DNA of 63,660 bases, the filler included, from Myxococcota bacterium (GTDB lineage Bacteria; Myxococcota; Myxococcia; Myxococcales; Myxococcaceae), in NCBI GenBank assembly GCA_049322255.1. It is 3 parts of 3 records of this genome, joined end to end, with 100 filler letters (N's around TTAATTAATTAA, not from the genome) between each part and the next. Parts side by side here need not be neighbours in the genome. Positions count along the whole stretch, not along the records: positions 1 to 21,880 come from JBMORE010000071.1; 2 more parts are not named here. The stretch is one strand, 5' to 3'. The notes under the pieces were generated by a model that saw only the letters and a list, made by a program, of their open reading frames with translations, had not been told where the DNA came from and did no database searches. This document shows positions 1 through 9,748 of this stretch, piece after piece (the stretch's first letter is position 1; each line of letters opens with the position of its first letter). The translations under genes and the position numbers were made by a program.

Positions 1-671
1 AGCGCTTCGGCAACCGCAGCAATGGTGTCTTGATCAAGGTCGAAGCTTGTCGACACGTGCAACGGCGCCCGCGTGGGGGCGACCCGCTCGTTGGCGACAT
101 CGAGCGGTAGGGAGATCAGTACCGGTCCCTGGCGCCCTGAGAGCGCGGTCGCCACCGCGCGGCGAATGGTGGTCGTGGCCGCGCGGGGGTTGCTTAGCTC
201 AGCGCAAAATTTGGTCACACTGCGCGCCATGCCCAGAATATCGAGCTGATACCGGCTACCTTCCTGAAGCGCCCCACGCCCGAAGTTCTTCCGCGGCACC
301 TCGCCCCCAATGGCGATGAGAGGAATGCCGTCGGCGTGCGCAGCCGCCAGGCCTGTCAGCGCGTTGGTGATGCCCGGACCTGAGGTCATCAACACGCATG
401 GCAGGCCGCCGCCAGCGCGCGAGTGCCCCATGGCCATGAAGACAGCACCGGTTTCGTGGCGGGTGTTGATGACCCGCACTCCCTTTTGATCAAGGAGCGC
501 GTCGTAAACGGTGGAGATCGCTCCTCCGGGAATGCCGTAGTACGTATTCACCCCCAGTTCGGCGAGCGTCTGCACCACGACGTCGGCGACTCGCATCTTC
601 GGTTGCGCGCGCGGAAGCCCCAGGTGCAGCGCTTGCGGAATCGACTCAGCAACGATTTGCGCGAGCGCCAT
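1..671 (-). CDS. Thiamine-pyrophosphate-binding enzyme (acetolactate synthase large subunit-like), C-terminal part runs off the window
   Basis: Not in the ORF track; manual translation gives MALAQIV...VADVVVQTLAELGVNTYYGIPGG...NTRHETGAVFMAMGHSRAGG...TSGPGITNALTGLAAAHADGIPLIAIGG, the TPP_enzyme_N motifs. RBS AGGAG upstream. Confidence 0.88.
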   Translation of the reverse strand, partial: MALAQIVAESIPQALHLGLPRAQPKMRVADVVVQTLAELGVNTYYGIPGGAISTVYDALLDQKGVRVINTRHETGAVFMAMGHSRAGGGLPCVLMTSGPGITNALTGLAAAHADGIPLIAIGGEVPRKNFGRGALQEGSRYQLDILGMARSVTKFCAELSNPRAATTTIRRAVATALSGRQGPVLISLPLDVANERVAPTRAPLHVSTSFDLDQDTIAAVAEA

Positions 672-900
672 GGCTTGCTCCTGAAATCCAGGTCCAGTGA
701 GTGTGCGGTGGGCCCGGCTGCGGAGAGATGGGCGCGCCTTCTACCACCGTATTTCGAGGCAGTACTGCAAACAACGACGAGACCACAAATAACGGAAAAA
801 CTAGCAATTGATGATGTGTGGTTCTATCGGCAATGGTCGTAAGTCCCCCCCCCTCTTTTCAGACCCGTAGATGGGGGCACACGCAGGTTTGATTCGAGAA

Positions 901-933
901 GGAGGCACCGGATCACAAATTCCGAGTGCCTTC
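901..933 (-). terminator. Imperfect hairpin downstream of tRNA-Leu, possible terminator
   Basis: GGAGGCACCGGA-N8-TCCGAGTGCCTTC inverted repeat; no clean U tract. Confidence 0.3.
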
Positions 934-1069
934 ACGGATGGAGGAGCCCACGCCGTGCAGATGACGCGGTCAACGTGCCGGGGACAGCGGCGACCCTCAC
1001 CGGTCCTCTCCGAGGGAATGCGGCTCGAAAGCGGTCCCTCAACGAGGACAGCGCGCGCTGCCCAGCCAG

Positions 1070-1151
1070 TGCCCAGGGCGGGATTCGAACCCGCACGCCT
1101 CACGGCGCCACCCCCTCAAGATGGTGTGTCTACCAGTTCCACCACCTGGGC
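1070..1151 (-). tRNA. tRNA-Leu(GAG), CCA not encoded
   Basis: Reverse complement GCCCAGGTGGTGGAACTGGTAGACACACCATCTTGAGGGGGTGGCGCCGTGAGGCGTGCGGGTTCGAATCCCGCCCTGGGCA: cloverleaf with long variable arm and GAG anticodon; typical position after secG. Confidence 0.96.
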
Positions 1152-1207
1152 GATTCTTCGCGGCCTCTCTTACCACCAGCCCTCGGAGAGGCGAAAACCC
1201 AAAAGTC

Positions 1208-1630
1208 CTAAGGCTGCGCGGGCGCCGGAGGCAGCTTCTCGGCAGGTACTGCCTCGGTGCCGGGCGCCGGGCCAGGCTGCACGTCGACGGCCGGCGCGGC
1301 GCTGCCCTTCTCCACACCCGATTCGGGCGCAGGGGCAGCAGGGCTGACCGGGGCCGGAGCCGCGGCGGCAGGCAGCTGTTCCCCGCCGGCGGCCACCGAG
1401 GTGCGTAACCCCACGAAGGAAAGCCCGAGCGCGGTGATGAAGAAGCCGATCGCGCATACCGCGGTGACCTTGGTCAGGAAAGTGACCGCGCCGCGGCCCC
1501 CGAAGGCGCTGGTGGCGGCACCGCCTCCCAGAGCGGCACCCATGCCCGCGTCCTTCCCCGGCTGGAGGAGAATGACGAAGATCATGAACACGCACAGCAG
1601 GACATGGACGATGGAGACGAAGATCAGCAT
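1208..1630 (-). CDS. secG: Preprotein translocase subunit SecG
   Basis: VILLQPGKDAGMGAALGGG...FGGRGAVTFLTKVT motif; two TM helices; follows tpiA. Confidence 0.95.
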   Translation of the reverse strand: MLIFVSIVHVLLCVFMIFVILLQPGKDAGMGAALGGGAATSAFGGRGAVTFLTKVTAVCAIGFFITALGLSFVGLRTSVAAGGEQLPAAAAPAPVSPAAPAPESGVEKGSAAPAVDVQPGPAPGTEAVPAEKLPPAPAQP

Positions 1631-1645
1631 GACGGAAACCTTTAA

Positions 1646-1680
1646 CCCCTCACCCTCGCCCTCTCCCAGAGGGAGAGGGA
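1646..1680. repeat. REP-like intergenic palindrome, copy 1
   Basis: CCCCTCACCCTCGCCCTCTCCCAGAGGGAGAGGGA; related copies at 12049 and 24657. Confidence 0.8.
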
Positions 1681-1724
1681 TGCGGGCGGCTTAGAGCACA
1701 GACCGCTGGGGGAAAACAACCTCT

Positions 1725-2495
1725 CTACGCGCCGGCCTTCACGATGGCCGCGAAATCGGCAGCCTTGAGGCTGGCCCCGCCCACGAGCGCTCCGTCGATG
1801 TCCGGGCGGGCGAGCAGCTCGGCAGCGTTCTCGGGCTTCACCGAGCCACCGTACTGGATACGCACCTCTTCGGCCGTCTCCCGGCCGTAGAGCGACACCA
1901 GCTCCTCCCGAAGATGGGCGTGGACTTCTTGCGCCTGGTCGCTGGTGGCGGTCTTGCCGGTACCGATCGCCCACACCGGCTCGTAGGCGAACACGAATTT
2001 CGACACTTCGGCGGCGGCGAAGCCGGCCAGCGCTCCCTTCACTTGGCGAGTGACGACTTCCAGCGTCCTGCCGCCCTCCCGCTCCTTCAGCGTCTCGCCG
2101 ACGCAGATGATGGGCCACAGCTTGGCCCGTGCCACCGCCTGCAGCCGCTTGTTCACCGTCTCGTCGGTTTCTCCGAAATATTGCCGCCGCTCGGAGTGAC
2201 CGACGATGACGTACCGGCACCCGACCTCGGCGAGCATCGGCGCGGCCACCTCCCCGGTGTAGGCGCCAGACGCCTCCCAAAAGCAGTTCTGGGCGGCGAG
2301 CACGATGTTCGAGCCCTCGAGTGCGTGGGCCACCGGGTGCAGCGCGGTGAAGGGCGGAGCGACGGCGATCTCCACCTTCTCGCGCACCATCGATACCAGC
2401 CCTTTGAGCTCGCGCACCAGCCCGAGCGCCTCGGCCACCGTCTTGTGCATCTTCCAGTTGCCGGCGATGAAGATCCGCCGCGAGGACTTGCCCAC
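1725..2495 (-). CDS. tpiA: Triosephosphate isomerase
   Basis: [31 protein letters not shown] motifs. Confidence 0.98.
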   Translation of the reverse strand: MGKSSRRIFIAGNWKMHKTVAEALGLVRELKGLVSMVREKVEIAVAPPFTALHPVAHALEGSNIVLAAQNCFWEASGAYTGEVAAPMLAEVGCRYVIVGHSERRQYFGETDETVNKRLQAVARAKLWPIICVGETLKEREGGRTLEVVTRQVKGALAGFAAAEVSKFVFAYEPVWAIGTGKTATSDQAQEVHAHLREELVSLYGRETAEEVRIQYGGSVKPENAAELLARPDIDGALVGGASLKAADFAAIVKAGA

Positions 2496-2504
2496 GTTGT
2501 TCTC

Positions 2505-3692
2505 CTATCTCTCCAGCGCCCTGACGCCGGGCAGCTCCTTGCCTTCGAGGAATTCGAGGGTCGCTCCCCCGCCGGTGGAGACGTGGGTCATCTTTTCCCC
2601 GAAGCCCATCGCGTTCACCGCGGCCGCGGAGTCGCCGCCCCCGACGATGGTGGTGGCACCGCGATTCTTGGACATTGCCTCGGCGATCGCGCGCGTCCCG
2701 GCGGCGAACTTCTCCACCTCGAACAAGCCCATCGGCCCGTTCCACAGCACCGTCTTCGCCCCGCGAATGTGCTGCCCGTAGAGCTCGCAAGTCCTCGGGC
2801 CGATGTCCAGCCCCATCAACGCCTTGGGAATGCTGCGCTCGGACACCACCCGGGCCTCGCTCTTGGCTTCGGGCGAGGTCCCCACCACGTGGTCCACCGG
2901 GAGCGCCAGCTCTTTGCCCAAGCGCTTGGCGGACTCGAGGAGCCGGCTGGCCAGGGAAAGCTTGTCCTTCTCCACCCGGCTTTGGCCGACCTCCACCCCT
3001 TCCGCGGCAAGGAAGGTGTAAGCCATCGCGCCGCCGATGAGCAGCGCGTCGACCTTGGGGAGCAGGTTTTCGATGACCTTGATCTTGTCCGACACCTTCG
3101 CCCCCCCCAGGACGGTGACGAAGGGCTTCTCCGGGCCTTGGAGCACCTTGCCCAGGTGCTCCAGCTCTTTTTTCATCAAGAAGCCCGCCGCCCGCTCCTT
3201 GACGAAGCCGACCATGCCCACGGTCGAAGCGTGGGCGCGGTGGGCGGTGCCGAAGGCGTCGTTCACGTAGACGTCGGCGAGGCTGGCCAGCTCTCTGGCG
3301 AAAGCTTCGTCGTTGGCCTCTTCCTCTTTGTGGAAGCGCAGGTTCTCCAGCACCACCACCTGGCCTCCCTGGAGGTCCCGCACCATCTTCTTCACCCCGT
3401 CGCCCACGCAGTCGTCGGCGAGCAGCACCTCATGCTCCTTGCCGAGCAGCTCCGTCAGGCGAGCGGCGGCCGGCTCGAGCGACAGCTTGGGGTCGGGCCC
3501 TTTGGGCCTGCCCAAGTGCGAGGCCAAGACGACCTTGGCCTTCGCTTTCAAGGCGTGCTGGACGGTGGGCAACGCCTCGCGAATGCGGGTGTCGTCGGCC
3601 ACCTTTTGGTGCGCGTCGAGCGGAACGTTGAAGTCCACTCGAATGAAGACGCGCTTGCCGGACAGCTCGAGCTCGTCGACGGTGCGAGCCAC
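2505..3692 (-). CDS. pgk: Phosphoglycerate kinase
   Basis: RVDFNVP, SHLGRP, LENLRF, GGAKVSDK, STGGGA motifs; GTG start chosen just after the gap stop. Confidence 0.97.
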   Translation of the reverse strand: MARTVDELELSGKRVFIRVDFNVPLDAHQKVADDTRIREALPTVQHALKAKAKVVLASHLGRPKGPDPKLSLEPAAARLTELLGKEHEVLLADDCVGDGVKKMVRDLQGGQVVVLENLRFHKEEEANDEAFARELASLADVYVNDAFGTAHRAHASTVGMVGFVKERAAGFLMKKELEHLGKVLQGPEKPFVTVLGGAKVSDKIKVIENLLPKVDALLIGGAMAYTFLAAEGVEVGQSRVEKDKLSLASRLLESAKRLGKELALPVDHVVGTSPEAKSEARVVSERSIPKALMGLDIGPRTCELYGQHIRGAKTVLWNGPMGLFEVEKFAAGTRAIAEAMSKNRGATTIVGGGDSAAAVNAMGFGEKMTHVSTGGGATLEFLEGKELPGVRALER

Positions 3693-3694
3693 GG

Positions 3695-4759
<1,065 letters not shown>

Positions 4760-4791
4760 TCAACGCCAGCGAGCGCTGATGTCGCCTACGT

Positions 4792-7521
4792 TCAGCTTCG
4801 CACACGCCGGCGTGCCCAAAGCACGAGGGCGACCAGCGTCCACGGAGCGTGCGCCATCGCCGTACACCCGCAGCCATCGGGCGCAGCGAAGGTGTCGGGC
4901 GCGAGCGAAAGCACGATGGGTGGACCGGCGTCGGGCCTGGGCGGCTCTTGGGTGATGACGCCGAAGAACTTGAGGAATTTGCCCATCGCCTCGGCGCGGT
5001 GGGCGCCGCTGATGATCGTCTCGAAAGGAAAGCCCAAGGTGACGACCTTGCCGCTGCCGTCGAAGGCCACCGCCGCGGTGCTGAAGCTGCCGCCGTAACC
5101 GGCCAGCGAAAAACCGCCGTTGGGACCCAAGACGTCGCCCGTCCCGGTGTCGAAAGCGCCTCCCAACCCGTCGTCGAGGAAAAGACCGCTCATGCCAGCG
5201 AGGAATTGGGTCGAGTCCGGCTCCACCGACAAAGAGGGGGTGCCGCTGCCCGCCGCCGCGTGGAGCACCTGGGCGAGGAAGGCCTGGTCTTCGGCGCTCC
5301 CCCGTGCGAGGGCGCTGGCGGCGTGGGAGCCGGAAAAGAGCAAATGTCTTCCCCCCTCCACGTGGGCGCGGAGCAGCTGCTGCTCGGCCGTGCCAGGACC
5401 GGCGCCTTGGGCAAGCCCGCGGCCGAGGAACCAGTCGATGAGAACGTACGAGGCGACCGGCACGCTGCCGCTCACCACCGCCCCTGCGGTGGCGCTGTCG
5501 AAAGGCACGCCGGCGTAAGCGACGGCATCGCCATGGCGGCGCACGTAGGTGCCGTCGTTCATCCGCTCGCTGAAAACACGCAAGGGGGACGCGATCGCGT
5601 ACGCCTCCAGATTTTCCGCCTTCGCAGTGGCTGCCTCGAAGCGCTCGTAGCCGTTGACCACCAGCACCGGCACGCTGGCGCCGCTGGCCGCCCCGACGCC
5701 GACCACCGGGGTGGGAAAGCTCTCTCCGCCGGCGTTGGTAGCGCTGACGCGGAAGTAGCGCACCGTGCCCACAGTGACCGAAAGCCCCAAGGAGCGGCCG
5801 GTGACGTCGGTGCCCTCGTCCCACGCGAAGCCGTCGGCGCTCTGGTAGACGCGGTAACCGGTCGCCGCGTACCCGCCGAGGTCGTTGGCGTCGGTGGGGG
5901 CCTCGCTCCACCCCACCTCGACGGTTCCCGCGCCCAGGTTTCTCGCCCACACGCTGGAAGGAGGCTCGGGGGGAAGGCTGACGACCGTCGAATCCTTCAG
6001 GGCGAAATACTTGATGATGCCCTGGGTGATTGCCCGAGCGGCGAGGTACCGAAAGAGCGGCTCTTTGAGGTGTGCCGCGTCGGCGGTGTTGTCGTGGTAG
6101 GCGACCTCGAGGAGCACCGCGGGCATCTCTGGGTTGTTCGCCGGGTTGAGCTCTCCGAAGTTGGCCGAACGGACGCCGCCGTCGCGCCAGCCTGGCTCTC
6201 CCCAGCCGGAGCGAATGTCGCCCAAAAGCTCGGTGTGCACAGCTTGGGCGAGCAGGTCGCTTCCGGGGGCTCCGCAACCGTAGGGGCACGAGGCGACACC
6301 GCACACGTTGGTGTTGGGCTGACACGGCGAGTAGTGGAGCTGAAAGTCGGTGTTCGTCCCGAACACGTAGGCTTCGGAGCCGCGCACCGTTCCATTGACG
6401 GCGTTGGTGTGCCAGGCGACGTACACCGCGTCTTCACCGTCCTCGTGATCCCAGGCAGCGAAGCGCGAGCGGCAGCTCACGTCGGCGGTACGGTCTACCG
6501 CGTTGCTCTGGAAGACGCTGGCGGGCGCTCCGGCGAACTGGGCGTAGGTGCGGCACGACTCCTCGAAGCGCGGGCGACCGCTCACCGCTGGCGTCGGGCC
6601 GCGGGCGATGTCTCCCATACCGCCGCCGAAGCGCACCGCGTCGAGCGACACCGTCCCGCTCTCTTGCGAATCGTTCAGCGCCACCACCGAGCCGCCCTGG
6701 CCGGCGCGAAAGAAGAACCGCCCCAGGAGCACCCAGGTGCCGCCGTGCCGCCGCTGGTTGACCCGGAAGTGCGCCTCACCGCCGGAGTGGCGGACGACGA
6801 AGTGCGCGTCGGTGACCCGCGAGGTGAACTGCGTGTAGGAGATGTACACGTGGTAGTCGCCGTCGGCGGGAAGGTTCGGCGTCCACGAGGCGCTCGCGTC
6901 GGCGACGAGCGCGGTGCTCATCAACCGGTTGTTGCCCAACCCGAAGGGGAGAGTGCTCCCGTTCATCGGGCTGGAAGGCCTACCCCACCCGGCCACCGTC
7001 GAATCGACGAAGGTTCCCGCCGAACCGCTTTCGGCGTAACCCGCCTCGCCGTTGTCGACCACCACCATGCGGGGAGCGAGGTCGGCCTCACGCACCGGAA
7101 CCACGTAGGCGCCGGCGTTGAGCAGCATCGGCAGGAGGAGCTGGTTGACCGTCTCGATCGACACCAAGTCTTCGACGATGTCGTTGGTGTTGCCGCGCTG
7201 GGTTCGCCAGGCGTCGCTCGCGTCGGTCCAAGTAAACCCGTGCCCAGCGGAGAGGTAGACCGTCTTCCCGCTCAACACCCCGCTGCGACGGCGTGCTGCC
7301 GGCACTCCCGGCGCGGACGAAAGAAAGCTGCCCTGCGCGTCGCGCCGCACCACGCCCGGCTCGCCCGAGCCCAGCGGCACCTCGTACCTTTTGCGGGGCA
7401 CCGGCGTGGAGGGAACGTCTTGGGGCGCCAACAGGCCGCAGTCCTCGACGAACTCGCCCGCGGCCGCCATCGCCGACGCACACGTCAGCACCATGGCCAC
7501 CGACAAGAATCGAACCAACAT
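4792..7521 (-). CDS. Secreted N-acetylmuramoyl-L-alanine amidase (Amidase_3) with golvesin/CBM-like insert, FN3 domain and MYXO-CTERM-like tail
   Basis: Signal peptide; SAGHG, WHTNA, LLEVAYHD Zn/catalytic motifs; DAVRFGGG; GYRVY...YFRVSATNAGGES (FN3); C-terminal GCGC-hydrophobic-RRR. Confidence 0.85.
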   Translation of the reverse strand: MLVRFLSVAMVLTCASAMAAAGEFVEDCGLLAPQDVPSTPVPRKRYEVPLGSGEPGVVRRDAQGSFLSSAPGVPAARRRSGVLSGKTVYLSAGHGFTWTDASDAWRTQRGNTNDIVEDLVSIETVNQLLLPMLLNAGAYVVPVREADLAPRMVVVDNGEAGYAESGSAGTFVDSTVAGWGRPSSPMNGSTLPFGLGNNRLMSTALVADASASWTPNLPADGDYHVYISYTQFTSRVTDAHFVVRHSGGEAHFRVNQRRHGGTWVLLGRFFFRAGQGGSVVALNDSQESGTVSLDAVRFGGGMGDIARGPTPAVSGRPRFEESCRTYAQFAGAPASVFQSNAVDRTADVSCRSRFAAWDHEDGEDAVYVAWHTNAVNGTVRGSEAYVFGTNTDFQLHYSPCQPNTNVCGVASCPYGCGAPGSDLLAQAVHTELLGDIRSGWGEPGWRDGGVRSANFGELNPANNPEMPAVLLEVAYHDNTADAAHLKEPLFRYLAARAITQGIIKYFALKDSTVVSLPPEPPSSVWARNLGAGTVEVGWSEAPTDANDLGGYAATGYRVYQSADGFAWDEGTDVTGRSLGLSVTVGTVRYFRVSATNAGGESFPTPVVGVGAASGASVPVLVVNGYERFEAATAKAENLEAYAIASPLRVFSERMNDGTYVRRHGDAVAYAGVPFDSATAGAVVSGSVPVASYVLIDWFLGRGLAQGAGPGTAEQQLLRAHVEGGRHLLFSGSHAASALARGSAEDQAFLAQVLHAAAGSGTPSLSVEPDSTQFLAGMSGLFLDDGLGGAFDTGTGDVLGPNGGFSLAGYGGSFSTAAVAFDGSGKVVTLGFPFETIISGAHRAEAMGKFLKFFGVITQEPPRPDAGPPIVLSLAPDTFAAPDGCGCTAMAHAPWTLVALVLWARRRVRS

Positions 7522-7572
7522 CGCGCACACCCTAGAGGAAGTGTCCGCAGCACCGCAAACCGACCAGAGCAA

Positions 7573-8532
7573 CTATCCGAAGGCAAGAAAGGCCACGAAC
7601 GCCGCGTAGCCTATGGCGAGCACGCCTCCCTCGGCTCTCGACACCCGCCCGCCCGTGGCCATCATCGCCACCCCGACGAGGGTGACCGCGACCATCACCG
7701 TGAAGTCCACGGCGAGCGCGCGCACCGAGCCGGGTATCGGGTGCACCAACGACGCGCCTCCGAGGACGAAGAGAAGGTTGAAGATGTTCGAGCCCACCAC
7801 GTTGCCCACCGCCAGCTCCGGCTGGCCCCGCACCGCCGCCACCAACGACGCCGCGAGCTCGGGGAGCGAGGTGCCCACGGCGACGATCGTCAGCCCCACC
7901 ACCCGCTCGCTCACTCCCATGGAAAGCGCCAGGCTCGAGGCTCCGTCGACGAAAAACTTGCCGCCCCCCACCATGAAAACGAGCCCCACCGCCGCCAGCG
8001 CGCCCAACGAAAGCTTGCTCGCCACCGGGGGCGCCTCATGCTCGGCGCCCTCCGACTTGAGCGTGGGTTTGCCGACTCCGAATGGCCGCAGCGTCCAGAA
8101 GGTGAAGGCCAGCGCGCCGACCAGGAGCAGAGCTCCGTCGACGCGACCGACCTGCCCGTCGAGCAGCAACAGCGGCGCCAGTGCCGAGACCACGACGAGC
8201 AGCGGCAGCTCGCGGCGCACGAGGGAACCGGCGACCGTAAGCGGCGCTACCAGCGCCGTGCTCCCGAGAATGAGCCCGAGGTTGGCGATGTTCGAGCCCA
8301 CCACGTTGCCCAAGGCGATGGCGCTTTTGCCTTCGTAGGCCGAGAGGGCGCTCACCGCCAACTCAGGCGCCGAGGTGCCGTAAGCGACGACGGTGAGGCC
8401 GATGACGATCGGGCGCACCCCGAACGCGCCCGCCAGCCCCGAAGCGCCCTTCACCAGCCATTCGGCGCCAAAGTAAAGCAGCCCTCCTCCGACAACGATC
8501 GCCCCCGCCGCCAGCCATGGAGAATCGAGCAT
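7573..8532 (-). CDS. Calcium/sodium antiporter (YrbG family)
   Basis: Duplicated GTS[AL]PEL and GNVVGSNI[AF]N alpha-repeats. Confidence 0.93.
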   Translation of the reverse strand: MLDSPWLAAGAIVVGGGLLYFGAEWLVKGASGLAGAFGVRPIVIGLTVVAYGTSAPELAVSALSAYEGKSAIALGNVVGSNIANLGLILGSTALVAPLTVAGSLVRRELPLLVVVSALAPLLLLDGQVGRVDGALLLVGALAFTFWTLRPFGVGKPTLKSEGAEHEAPPVASKLSLGALAAVGLVFMVGGGKFFVDGASSLALSMGVSERVVGLTIVAVGTSLPELAASLVAAVRGQPELAVGNVVGSNIFNLLFVLGGASLVHPIPGSVRALAVDFTVMVAVTLVGVAMMATGGRVSRAEGGVLAIGYAAFVAFLAFG

Positions 8533-8626
8533 GCATGAAGGACATTAGGCGGGCGCCCAAGCAGCCGTCACCTCATCTTGAAGCTTGCGCTGGCGTGCTG
8601 ACGGGCACTTCGCATAAACGCGGCGC

Positions 8627-9253
8627 GTGCGACGCACCCTTCACACGGGCGGAACCTTCATCCACTCGCTCTTCCATGCCTGGAACGGCCTGGTCCACAC
8701 CGTGGTGCATCAGCGCAACATGCGCCTGCACGTGCTCGCGGCGACGCTGGTGAGCCTGGTGGGCAGCGGCATTCCCTTGGGGCTGGCGGAGAAGGTGACG
8801 CTCCTGTTCTGCGTGATGCTCATCTTCTTCGCCGAGATGCTCAACAGCGCGCTCGAGCAGCTGGTGGACCTCGCCATTCAGCAGTTCGACGAGAAGGCGC
8901 GCCTCACCAAGGACACCGCGGCCGCCGGCGTCTTGGTGCTGGCGATCGGCACGGTGGTCATCTTCGCGGCGCTCCTGGTGCACAACGCCGAGACCATCAA
9001 GACCCGGGTGGACCAGATTCAGCGCCAGGTGCTCGTGGGGGTGCCGCTCACCGTGTGCGCCGGCGTGCTGATGCACGAGTCTCGTCGTCCCGCGTGGGTG
9101 GACATGGGCGTGGGGCTCTTGGCGCTTTTTCTGTGGGGAGCGCTGCTCACCTGGACGGAGAGCCTGGTGTTCTCCACGATGACTTTGAGCCTTCTGGTGC
9201 TCTGCGCCGCCGCCAGCCATCGCCGGCGCGCCCAGCGGGTACCGCTCACCTAG
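8627..9253 (+). CDS. Prokaryotic diacylglycerol kinase family protein with extra C-terminal TM segments
   Basis: SLFHAWNGL...QRNMRLH...EMLNSALEQLVD...KDTAAAGVL DAGK_prokar motifs. Confidence 0.85.
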   Translation: MRRTLHTGGTFIHSLFHAWNGLVHTVVHQRNMRLHVLAATLVSLVGSGIPLGLAEKVTLLFCVMLIFFAEMLNSALEQLVDLAIQQFDEKARLTKDTAAAGVLVLAIGTVVIFAALLVHNAETIKTRVDQIQRQVLVGVPLTVCAGVLMHESRRPAWVDMGVGLLALFLWGALLTWTESLVFSTMTLSLLVLCAAASHRRRAQRVPLT

Positions 9254-9318
9254 GGGCGCGAGGCGCCGAAGTCCAGTCCGGAGCCCCCACGCCCGCTAGG
9301 CGTTGGCAAAGGCCTTTC

Positions 9319-9504
9319 CTAGGCGCTCTGCCGCAACTCCTGCTTCTGCTCGGGGAGCTTGTCCTGCTCCCGAATGTCGCTCGCCACCAGATCGATCAGC
9401 TCGGAGGCGATGTCGATGATTTGGTTGGGCGTGTAGCCACCCGCCCGAAGCTGGTTGAAGAACGTCCTGGCGAGAATCTTGGTGCCCTTCCTGTCGGTGC
9501 GCAT
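9319..9504 (-). CDS. Small hypothetical protein (61 aa)
   Basis: MRTDRKGTKILARTFFNQLRAGGYTPNQIIDIASELIDLV...; purine-rich RBS (GGAGG/GGAG); typical codon bias. Confidence 0.7.
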   Translation of the reverse strand: MRTDRKGTKILARTFFNQLRAGGYTPNQIIDIASELIDLVASDIREQDKLPEQKQELRQSA

Positions 9505-9748
9505 CGGCTCCCTGACCTCCCCACGTGCTTCGTCGGTCAGATGGAGGTTCAACCGCCGTGCCAGCATGGAGGGCGCGGCCAGAATTCGACGCCCCCACGG
9601 GGAGTTACCCTCGAAACGGGCCGGGGGAAGAAGGCGGCTGGTGCGTAGATTCCTTCGCACTTAGAAGGCGATTTCGTCCGAAATCGCTCCCATCGGTGCA
9701 TAGGTCGATTCGCACTGGTTGCCAAGGAAGCCCTATAAGCCTTTCACC

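Noticed and set aside
672..1069. Possible riboswitch upstream of the TPP enzyme
   Set aside because: No TPP-riboswitch core (CTGAGA...) or other aptamer recognised by eye; an Rfam scan would settle it.
4849..8538. 1229-aa plus-strand ORF and other long shadow ORFs (1914-3698, 15609-17543, 23367-25112, 58651-61470)
   Set aside because: Antisense to genes with clear motifs; expected in high-GC DNA; no recognisable domains.
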